DNA of 64,000 nt from a virus, in the IMG/VR virus record IMGVR_UViG_3300029305_006397; one strand, given 5' to 3'. This document shows positions 26,640 to 32,855 of the stretch, piece by piece (position 1 is the stretch's first letter; every line of letters begins with the position of its first letter). The notes under the pieces are model-generated. The model made no database searches, was not told where the DNA came from, and was given only the letters and a program-made list of their open reading frames with translations. The translations under genes were made by a program, and so were the position numbers.

Positions 26640-26884
26640 AAGATTCTTCCTCCTATCTTTTGATAACGGATTCATGGGAGCGTTAGCGATACACCTTTAT
26701 AACCGGATGGGCAAGGCCGCTATTCTGTGATTCTTAATCTACTCTTCAGGTTAAACCCTTATGTTACCATCGGTTCCCAATCATTTAAGGCCATCCCAGG
26801 TCTTGATTCGCCTCCGTCTATCTTTCAGCGCACCCACTACTTTAGATATGTGGTGTGTAGCTTTAACCAGCCGAAGCTGGCCTA

Positions 26885-27169
26885 TCAGCGTTTGCGCTCA
26901 TAAGGTTCGTACCCTTCCATGTCCCATTTTCCATCGAACAACTCTCCGTTAAGCCATCCTTCGGAGTCGAAGTAGTTGACGCGCAGCCAACCATTTTCCT
27001 GATAGGTTTTGACAATAATTTCGTCCGGGCGGACACTCATTGTAACCAACTCTCCGTTTTCATTGTGGCCGATAAAATCAGAGTCAGAGTCACCATACTC
27101 TGCCATAATCTGTTTGCGAACCTCGACTTCGCCAAATCGTGCGGACAGTTCATTGGGAATGCTTTTCAT
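26885..27169 (-). CDS. hypothetical protein (94 aa)
   Basis: AAGGAGG before the internal ATG. Confidence 0.55.
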   Translation of the reverse strand: MKSIPNELSARFGEVEVRKQIMAEYGDSDSDFIGHNENGELVTMSVRPDEIIVKTYQENGWLRVNYFDSEGWLNGELFDGKWDMEGYEPYERKR

Positions 27170-27455
27170 AAGAACCTCCTTGTTTTTCCATCTCGGCAAT
27201 CATTGCAGCTTTCATCATGCTTTTAGCCGTTTCGTTAATAACGCTTAAGACACGATCTCCATACAAGTAATAGTAGTCAAACCGATCAAAGCTCTTATGG
27301 TATTCGCCCATCGGTTCGACAAGCTCTCCATCCTTGTTTTTTATTGTGCCGAAGCTGCATAGGAACCGATTGTCATTTATCCAATAGCCGACCAAACTTC
27401 CATCAAACGCCCTCCCATCTGCGCTGGTTACGAGTGCGCCAGCGTACAAATTCAC
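27150..27455 (-). CDS. hypothetical protein (up to 101 aa; GTG start uncertain)
   Basis: Track ORF. The 5' end overlaps a small TM ORF in another frame. Confidence 0.45.
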   Translation of the reverse strand: MNLYAGALVTSADGRAFDGSLVGYWINDNRFLCSFGTIKNKDGELVEPMGEYHKSFDRFDYYYLYGDRVLSVINETAKSMMKAAMIAEMEKQGGSYEKHSQ

Positions 27456-27567
27456 GGTGACGCTTGATTCTGTTATAGTGTTTAACGACCTTTTTCCATC
27501 CGTACATTACCGCCTCGGAAATTCCAACGGCAATGCTCAGGCTTCCCATGAGGACGATAATGCTCAT
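27403..27567 (-). CDS. possible small membrane protein (54 aa)
   Basis: Not in the track. AGGAGG SD plus ATG. MSIIVLMGSLSIAVGISEAVMYGW followed by a basic tail. Confidence 0.35.
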   Translation of the reverse strand: MSIIVLMGSLSIAVGISEAVMYGWKKVVKHYNRIKRHREFVRWRTRNQRRWEGV

Positions 27568-27582
27568 TTGATTTACCTCCTG

Positions 27583-27846
27583 TTATTCTTCTTCGTACCT
27601 CTCTGCCAATTCATCGGCAGCGCAAGCATATACATCATCGGCATCTCTTGCCCAAAGTTCATGATTGATAGCATACAAGAGTTCCTTGCACAGATCGACA
27701 AGCTCAGACTTGCTCAGTTCATGCCCATAATTTGCAAGTGCATCAAACAGGCAATCCGGGCAATCTCTCAGACCTTCAATAATGCTCTGCATCGTCAGGG
27801 TCTTAGAATTTTCCATCTGCATACCTTCCTTCTTTTCTTTTAGCAT
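27583..27846 (-). CDS. hypothetical acidic protein (77-87 aa)
   Basis: Track ORF. GAAGGAAGG SD favors an ATG near 27816. Confidence 0.55.
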   Translation of the reverse strand: MLKEKKEGMQMENSKTLTMQSIIEGLRDCPDCLFDALANYGHELSKSELVDLCKELLYAINHELWARDADDVYACAADELAERYEEE

Positions 27847-27871
27847 ATCGGATACTTTGGATTTTCCGATG

Positions 27872-27908
27872 TAGCATTAAAGAATCAGGAGAGGCTTTCG
27901 CCTCTCCC
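27872..27908 (-). terminator. intrinsic terminator
   Basis: Minus-sense GGAGAGGC-GAAA-GCCTCTCC then TGATTCTTTAAT, about 25 nt after the stop at 27933. Confidence 0.55.
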
Positions 27909-27932
27909 TATCTCCCATCTGCGTTTATGCTG

Positions 27933-28280
27933 TTAGTCACCGCCGACTGCGCCAACCACCAAACAATCGTATTCTTCCGGCAGGTCATAGTCCCAATCAA
28001 GCTGGGCTTCAACGTACAAAACCTTTTCAACGTACAGGATTTCGCCAAACTGACAGAGGAAATCTTTGGCCTGTTCTTCATACCGGGCATCACAGGTTAC
28101 AAATACGCTGTTCGTTCCGGCAAGATTTTCCAGCTTAAAAAGCTCCTCATTGTCGCGCACGTTATTGAAGATCGCAAGGAAATCTCTTGCATACTTGTTC
28201 AGGTCTGCGCTCAGTTCGACCTTAATCTGCACGGCATCCTTCTTCTCCGTATAAAACTTCATCTTCATGTGATTTTCCAT
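27933..28280 (-). CDS. hypothetical protein (115 aa)
   Basis: Track ORF. AAAGAAAGG before the ATG. Lies downstream of hammerhead a. Confidence 0.6.
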   Translation of the reverse strand: MENHMKMKFYTEKKDAVQIKVELSADLNKYARDFLAIFNNVRDNEELFKLENLAGTNSVFVTCDARYEEQAKDFLCQFGEILYVEKVLYVEAQLDWDYDLPEEYDCLVVGAVGGD

Positions 28281-28306
28281 CCTTTCTTTTCTTGCAGGTG
28301 TGGCTT

Positions 28307-28396
28307 CCTACGACACAAGCGGAAGGAAAGATAGGAAGGAAGAAAACCTTCCGCTTGTCATTTCGGCTGGTTGCCGTCCAGCTCTCGTCAGGTAGG
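28307..28396 (-). ncRNA. type-I hammerhead ribozyme (HH-a)
   Basis: Minus-sense CCTAC-CUGACGAG-[GCTGG/CCAGC]-CGAAA-[12-bp stem III]-GUC/GTAGG. All core nucleotides are present and stem I is CCTAC/GTAGG. Predicted cut is between 28312 and 28311. Confidence 0.75.
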
Positions 28397-28594
28397 TGTG
28401 GTTAATTTGAATGATTTGGTAGTCAATGCTGCCAGCTTTTGTTCGCAAGCGGTGTAGCTACCTCTATAAATGGTTTTCCAGTTATAACGGCATCTGCCGC
28501 CAACAGTGTAGAATCGTCTTTCTTTGAGTTCCCATACAGGCTTCAGGTCAAAGCCAATCGTTTCAGAAATTACATATCTTGCTTTGTTAGCCAT
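28388..28594 (-). CDS. hypothetical protein (68 aa)
   Basis: Track ORF. GGAGGC SD. Its UGA stop is the UGA of the hammerhead CUGA core. Confidence 0.6.
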   Translation of the reverse strand: MANKARYVISETIGFDLKPVWELKERRFYTVGGRCRYNWKTIYRGSYTACEQKLAALTTKSFKLTTPT

Positions 28595-28602
28595 GTTGCC
28601 TC

Positions 28603-28794
28603 CTACTTAATCGCAATGCGTTTAGAATTGTTCTCCAAGACAGCTTCAATTTTCCGTTTGACATGCAGCATGTTTTCTTTTACATGATTTGCAAGGGCTT
28701 CCATACCCTCTGTAGGATTTTCCATGCTATCTGCTTCATGCTGCAATGCGTTCATAATCCATCTAAGCTCGTTATGAGTTAAGGTCTGCATCAT
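28603..28794 (-). CDS. hypothetical protein (63 aa)
   Basis: ATGATG follows AAGAGGGTG. The upstream part of the 141-aa track ORF covers ribozyme HH-b and another gene's frame. Confidence 0.55.
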   Translation of the reverse strand: MMQTLTHNELRWIMNALQHEADSMENPTEGMEALANHVKENMLHVKRKIEAVLENNSKRIAIK

Positions 28795-28830
28795 TTGTAG
28801 ACACCCTCTTTCTTTTCTATATGGTGATTT

Positions 28831-28897
28831 TCCACGACACAGCCGGAATTTTCCGACTATGTTTCGACCGGGCATCACCCGGTTCTCGTCAGGTGGA
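28831..28897 (-). ncRNA. type-I hammerhead ribozyme (HH-b)
   Basis: TCCAC-CUGACGAG-[ACCGGG/CCCGGT]-CGAAAC-[10-bp stem III, GGAAAAUUCC apex]-GUC/GTGGA. Cut is between 28836 and 28835. Confidence 0.8.
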
Positions 28898-28900
28898 TTG

Positions 28901-29062
28901 TTACTTGAGTTCCCATTTTTCCATCCACGGCTCTCCTTGCCGATCATACTTATCTGCGTACATTCGATCAAGGGCTTCCTGCGCTTTCTTTTCCGATGAA
29001 TAGATTTCTCTGATTCCTTCGTCACCATAGCAGCCGGACATGATAACGTAAACGTACTTCAT
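28901..29062 (-). CDS. small ORF (53 aa)
   Basis: Not in the track. AGGAGG 5 nt before the ATG. Its TAA stop is 3 nt before HH-b. Confidence 0.45.
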   Translation of the reverse strand: MKYVYVIMSGCYGDEGIREIYSSEKKAQEALDRMYADKYDRQGEPWMEKWELK

Positions 29063-29071
29063 ACATACCTC

Positions 29072-29287
29072 CTAACCATCATTCCATGCGTAATCGTACC
29101 AGAGGGAAATCACATCGTTTTCCGGCTCAAAAGGCGTATCATCAAACGACAGGGCATTCAGACCTTCATCCTTAAGCCGCTGCATTGCCATCGTTTCCAG
29201 CTCCTCGTTGGATTTTCCGACTGCATCTTCGTCGTCAATGTATACCTTATAGAAACGCTTTACCTCAGCCATGATAGCTACTGCCAT
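29072..29287 (-). CDS. hypothetical acidic protein (71 aa)
   Basis: Track ORF. Conserved leader GGAAAGATAGGAGGAAA. Confidence 0.6.
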   Translation of the reverse strand: MAVAIMAEVKRFYKVYIDDEDAVGKSNEELETMAMQRLKDEGLNALSFDDTPFEPENDVISLWYDYAWNDG

Positions 29288-29383
29288 AAGTGTTTCCTCC
29301 TATCTTTCCTTATGCGTTTGGCTTTAGGGGCTTGTGACCTTATGCCTTGCCGCATTAACAGGGCTTATGCCCTGCCACTCTGC

Positions 29384-29569
29384 TTAATCTCGATTGGAAA
29401 GCTCCGTGTGATAGATATGCACACTCTGAAGGCGTCTGCTTCCAAATTTCCGTCGAAATTCCTCTTTCGCATCTTTCATGTTTGCCTTGCTACCGTTTCG
29501 ATGATCGCTTACATACTCAAATTCTCCGTAATCGTGACCATCATCATAAAGCGCAATGTAGTTTTTCAT
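29384..29569 (-). CDS. hypothetical protein (61 aa)
   Basis: Track ORF. AGGAGGC SD. Confidence 0.55.
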   Translation of the reverse strand: MKNYIALYDDGHDYGEFEYVSDHRNGSKANMKDAKEEFRRKFGSRRLQSVHIYHTELSNRD

Positions 29570-29580
29570 GCCGCCTCCTG

Positions 29581-29778
29581 TTAATCCATAGTGTAGTCAT
29601 TGATTCTACAAAATTCCGACCAGTCTCCGCCAAGTCGCCGGATAAGCTCCCTTTCGATCTTGACGCGCTCTTGCGGATAACGCTTGTTCTTCGGGTAGAG
29701 GATTTCCTGCGCAACAATGATTCCATAGGTGCTTACCAAATCTTCATGCGAATAATCCATGTACTTGTTTTTCCGCAT
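29581..29778 (-). CDS. hypothetical protein (65 aa)
   Basis: Track ORF, translationally coupled to its neighbors. Confidence 0.55.
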   Translation of the reverse strand: MRKNKYMDYSHEDLVSTYGIIVAQEILYPKNKRYPQERVKIERELIRRLGGDWSEFCRINDYTMD

Positions 29779-29781
29779 GGT

Positions 29782-30027
29782 TTAACCCTCCATCATGCAG
29801 CCCATTTCAAGCTGTACACGGTGATTGAAATCTTCCATCGCAGCCTTAAGGTCATTCAGGAAGTAATGACCGTGACAATAGGATTTTCCGTTCATACAAA
29901 ACCATGTAATCCACATGATTCCCTGACTTGTTTCAGTTTTTGCCAGAACAACTTCGCCCTCAATGACAGGCTCCGCATGGATAATCTCACAATTTTCCGA
30001 GTAGTTTTTGTTGTAGCGCCTTTCCAT
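29782..30027 (-). CDS. hypothetical protein (81 aa)
   Basis: Track ORF. Conserved leader GGAAAAGATAGGAGGAAA. Confidence 0.6.
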   Translation of the reverse strand: MERRYNKNYSENCEIIHAEPVIEGEVVLAKTETSQGIMWITWFCMNGKSYCHGHYFLNDLKAAMEDFNHRVQLEMGCMMEG

Positions 30028-30082
30028 GTATGTTTCCTCCTATCTTTTCCTTATGGTTTCCATGGATATTTCCATGGGGTTT

Positions 30083-30150
30083 CCCACGACGCTCTCAGGA
30101 TTTTCCATCAAGCGTTTCGGTTGCTAACCGGGCAGCCATCATCAGGTGGG
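30083..30150 (-). ncRNA. type-I hammerhead ribozyme (HH-c)
   Basis: CCCAC-CUGAUGA-U-[GGCUGC..GCAACC]-GAAAC-[stem III with GGAAAAUCC apex]-GUC/GTGGG. The stem II closing pair is noncanonical. Cut is between 30088 and 30087. Confidence 0.65.
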
Positions 30151-30151
30151 G

Positions 30152-30355
30152 TTAAAAAACGAATCCGGCATAAACCATCTTGTTTCCGTCCAGCATCCTC
30201 CATGCGTTAGCATCGTCCCATGCCGTACAACAGTAACGTTTTTCCGACCTGTCATATTCGCCGCGGATATAGACCCGATTTGCAGACTCTTTCAACTTGA
30301 AAAATTCTCCATGCTTCAGGTCTTTCAGCTTGTACATTCCTGCATCTCTTTCCAT
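30152..30355 (-). CDS. hypothetical protein (67 aa)
   Basis: Track ORF. Its stop is 1 nt before HH-c. Confidence 0.55.
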   Translation of the reverse strand: MERDAGMYKLKDLKHGEFFKLKESANRVYIRGEYDRSEKRYCCTAWDDANAWRMLDGNKMVYAGFVF

Positions 30356-30356
30356 G

Positions 30357-30551
30357 TTAGGCTCCCTTCTTAATCCGCTTTACTTCGATATGATCGTAGC
30401 CTTTATCCGGGTGAAGAAAATTCCGAATACCATAGCTTCGTGCTTCCTGCTCATTAGTTGCTTCGATCTTGTGATATTCCAAGGCCATGCCAGATTTTCC
30501 GACACCAATTCGATAGAGATATTTCCTTGCCATTGTGCTTCCTCCGTTCAT
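30357..30551 (-). CDS. hypothetical protein (64 aa)
   Basis: Track ORF. ATGA overlap with the upstream small ORF. Confidence 0.55.
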   Translation of the reverse strand: MNGGSTMARKYLYRIGVGKSGMALEYHKIEATNEQEARSYGIRNFLHPDKGYDHIEVKRIKKGA

Positions 30552-30721
30552 TTACCGATTGCCTCGGCGTAGTATTCGTCGAAATTTCCGAAAACTTCCA
30601 GATACACCATGCCACCATTGCCCCGATAAGGCCGGATATTTTTCATGATGAATCGATATTCCGTGAACATCAATGCAAGCACACAAAGGGCAATACATGC
30701 TCCAATCGCCAGCTTTTTCAT
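30548..30721 (-). CDS. small membrane/secreted protein (57 aa)
   Basis: Not in the track. Conserved leader GATAGGAGGAAAATC plus ATG. MKKLAIGACIALCVLALMF signal-like N-terminus. Confidence 0.45.
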   Translation of the reverse strand: MKKLAIGACIALCVLALMFTEYRFIMKNIRPYRGNGGMVYLEVFGNFDEYYAEAIGK

Positions 30722-30757
30722 GATTTTCCTCCTATCTTTTCCATGTGGTTTTGACTT

Positions 30758-30823
30758 CCCACGACAGGCCAGCTCAAGGCCAGCCTGTTTCGGCTCGTTG
30801 TCAACTCGCCATCGTCAGGTGGG
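30758..30823 (-). ncRNA. type-I hammerhead ribozyme (HH-d)
   Basis: CCCAC-CUGACGA-U-[GGCGAG..CGAGCC]-GAAAC-[9-bp stem III CAGGCUGGC/GCUGGCCUG]-GUC/GTGGG. Cut is between 30763 and 30762. Confidence 0.7.
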
Positions 30824-30828
30824 TATGC

Positions 30829-31290
30829 TTACCATTCCTCCAATTCTTCCTCCAGATCGGCGATTTCTTCCTCCAGATCATCGGCATCCGACTGGTAATT
30901 GCTTCTCCAGATTGCCATTCTCAGGCTTTCGATTTCTTCCTCGTCCAGCTCATTCATTCCGGCAAGCTCACGATTGGAATTGATTTCGTCGATTTGTTCC
31001 TCGACTTCTTCTTCGTAACTTTCCTTGAGTTCTTCCAGCTCGTACTGTTTTTCTTCCAGTTCGGCGCGGATAACTTTCTCGGAACGGATTCCAACCCATT
31101 CATACACGGATTCCGGCTCAAACCAAAGCAGATCATTTAGACCAGTTTCGGTCATTCCATCCGGGTACAAATCCTCCAGAACAGCCTCCAGCTGCGCACA
31201 TTTTCCGGCGTTGCGTACACGATCAAGGGTATCGACAGCTCCAGACCATGCCTCGAAAGTTTCCAAATCAAGCTCGTATGTGATTTTCAT
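30829..31290 (-). CDS. hypothetical very acidic protein (153 aa)
   Basis: Track ORF. SD GGAAGGGG. Confidence 0.65.
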   Translation of the reverse strand: MKITYELDLETFEAWSGAVDTLDRVRNAGKCAQLEAVLEDLYPDGMTETGLNDLLWFEPESVYEWVGIRSEKVIRAELEEKQYELEELKESYEEEVEEQIDEINSNRELAGMNELDEEEIESLRMAIWRSNYQSDADDLEEEIADLEEELEEW

Positions 31291-31397
31291 TGTAAAATTC
31301 CCCTTCCTATCTTTCCAAATGATTGACAGGAAGGGGCAAACTATGATATATTTCTGTATAGGAAGGGCGGAAGGAAATTCCCTCCACCCCCATGCGG

Positions 31398-31481
31398 TTA
31401 GATTTCGTCCGGGTTATCCGTGGCGCGAATAATCCCATCAGACCACATCCAGCCGTATTTAGTCCGATACAGGGCTTTCAT
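31398..31481 (-). CDS. possible micro-ORF (27 aa)
   Basis: AGGAAGGAGGA SD plus ATG directly after the bidirectional terminator. Confidence 0.25.
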   Translation of the reverse strand: MKALYRTKYGWMWSDGIIRATDNPDEI

Positions 31482-31505
31482 GGCGGTTGTCCTCCTTCCT
31501 ATCTT

Positions 31506-31555
31506 TTTATAAAAAGCGGTCTTGTGTTGGTAGCACAAGGCCGTTTTTATCTTTT
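31506..31555. terminator. bidirectional intrinsic terminator
   Basis: 10-bp stem CGGTCTTGTG/CACAAGGCCG (one mismatch), flanked by an A-run on one side and TTTTTATCTTTT on the other. Confidence 0.6.
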
Positions 31556-31766
31556 AAAGCCGTTTTTTCTACGATACGGCAAAACGCTTGACCCATGCTA
31601 TATGGGAATGAATCGGGGTTCAAGGGATTGCCCCGGTCGCCTCCAGCCGTGTTCTTACATGCCGCTGGACACAGGTAGCCTGCATAATCATCTCATTCTC
31701 CGGCTACAGAGTTTTGCGCGGTTTCGATAGACGCACATTTATTGGCGGTTGCTATCGGGAATGGTT

Positions 31767-31828
31767 AACCCAGACCAGCCCATGTGGGCGTGGTTTCGTC
31801 GCAATTTTCAGCGACTCGTCAGTGGGTT
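31767..31828 (-). ncRNA. type-I hammerhead ribozyme (HH-e)
   Basis: AACCCA-CUGACGAG-[UCGC/GCGA]-CGAAAC-[stem III]-GUC/TGGGTT. The UGA of the core is the stop codon of 31819..32016. Cut is between 31773 and 31772. Confidence 0.8.
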
Positions 31829-32016
31829 TCAGGGTATTCCATTGCTATGGCTCTGACGGCTTCAATATCCGTCAACATTCCTCTTTCATATACGCGCAAA
31901 ATATTTTCTATGCGTGTTTTTCTTAATTCTTTGATAGACGTTAACATTAACGTATTTTCTGCATCTGTCTGAAGCATATCTTGCGCAAACTCATGCACAT
32001 AGCGTTTTCTTCTCAT
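31819..32016 (-). CDS. hypothetical protein (65 aa)
   Basis: Track ORF. SD GAAGGGAAGG. Its stop is embedded in HH-e. Confidence 0.6.
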   Translation of the reverse strand: MRRKRYVHEFAQDMLQTDAENTLMLTSIKELRKTRIENILRVYERGMLTDIEAVRAIAMEYPETH

Positions 32017-32038
32017 GTTTATACCTTCCCTTCTCTTT

Positions 32039-32107
32039 CCATACCCACGCCCCGGCAGGGCGTGACGCTCACGGCTTAAATGGCTTTTTATAGTCGCCGT
32101 GACGACT
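32039..32107 (-). ncRNA. pistol ribozyme (Pistol-f)
   Basis: AGUCG-UCACGG-CGACU hairpin. The loop is complementary to the downstream CCGUGA (pseudoknot). Then GCG, P3 UCACGCCC/GGGCGUGG, G/U, AUGG pairing with CCAU. Same spacing as the env25 pistol as I recall it. Cut is between 32044 and 32043. Confidence 0.75.
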
Positions 32108-32418
32108 CAGACAATTATGCAGCGTTTGAACGGATTTTCGCAGGGGTCGCAACCGAAACCGAAATTTTCTCCGTATATATCGATATACTGAAGTCCAGCG
32201 AATTTGCCGTTCTGAATGGTTTTTAACTCCATTGTAGCGCGGCGCATAGCCTGTTTTGCCTGTTTAATGGTTACGTCGTCGATATTGTAGAATCTGTTTA
32301 GCTTGTTTTGAATTTTATTCAAGAAATTCATTGCAAGGTCATTTGTAACATTCTTTTTATCGGACTCCATGAAACAGTCAAACCCGTATGCACGAAGATA
32401 AAAACCCTGTTTTTTCAT
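32107..32418 (-). CDS. hypothetical protein (103 aa)
   Basis: Track ORF. SD GGGAGGG. The last base of its TGA stop (A, 32107) is the first base of pistol P1. Confidence 0.6.
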   Translation of the reverse strand: MKKQGFYLRAYGFDCFMESDKKNVTNDLAMNFLNKIQNKLNRFYNIDDVTIKQAKQAMRRATMELKTIQNGKFAGLQYIDIYGENFGFGCDPCENPFKRCIIV

Positions 32419-32441
32419 TGTATAACCCTCCCTATCTATTT

Positions 32442-32507
32442 TTGAACCCGCCCCAAACGGGGCGACGCTTTGGGCCTAATCAACTATTTAAAGTCGCCCA
32501 AACGACT
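32442..32507 (-). ncRNA. pistol ribozyme (Pistol-g)
   Basis: AGUCG-UUUGGG-CGACU-UUAAAUAGUUGAUUAGG-CCCAAA-GCG-UCGCCCC-GUUU-GGGGCGG-G/U-UCAA. The linker UUAAAUAGUUG is identical to the env25 pistol as I recall it. The pseudoknot and P2 covary with Pistol-f. Cut is between 32447 and 32446. Confidence 0.8.
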
Positions 32508-32763
32508 AAACGCGCATTACATTGTCAAGATAAATGCGCATTGCACCCTTACGAATATATGCCCGACCTGCCGTCGAATAGTGGACTTTATGACGATGAA
32601 AACCCACATATCCTTCAGGGTTAACCCATGCCGCAATATAATCGCATTCGAATTTATCGCCGTCGTCGGGTTCCCAAAGTGCAACGCCGAAACAGTTGGA
32701 AAAATGGCAAACGCCAACCGGGGCAATATTAGAATAACGCTTGTAAAGTGCTACATTTTTCAT
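32506..32763 (-). CDS. hypothetical protein (85 aa)
   Basis: Track ORF. SD GAGGGAAGG. Its TAG stop overlaps pistol P1. Confidence 0.6.
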   Translation of the reverse strand: MKNVALYKRYSNIAPVGVCHFSNCFGVALWEPDDGDKFECDYIAAWVNPEGYVGFHRHKVHYSTAGRAYIRKGAMRIYLDNVMRV

Positions 32764-32797
32764 TGTGTTTTACCTTCCCTCTTTTTTTTAGGTTATT

Positions 32798-32852
32798 CAC
32801 CCGACGCCCGGCAGGGCGTTTCGTCTTAATTTTCAAAGACTCTTCAGGGGCG
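32798..32852 (-). ncRNA. type-I hammerhead ribozyme (HH-h)
   Basis: CGCCC-CUGAAGAG-[UC..GA]-CGAAAC-[GCCC-UGCC-GGGC]-GUC/GGGTG. Cut is between 32803 and 32802. Confidence 0.8.
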
Positions 32853-32855
32853 TTA

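Noticed and set aside
26730-26760. CCUGAAGAG with a following small stem, initially taken for a seventh hammerhead.
   Set aside because: There is no canonical CGAAA after stem II (it reads CAGAAU). The only stem-I partner would put G at the cleavage position 17.
28603-29028. 141-aa minus-strand track ORF.
   Set aside because: It is chimeric. Its N-terminal 78 codons run through hammerhead HH-b and, in another frame, over the SD-led 53-aa gene 28901..29062. Only the C-terminal 63 codons, which have their own SD, are called.
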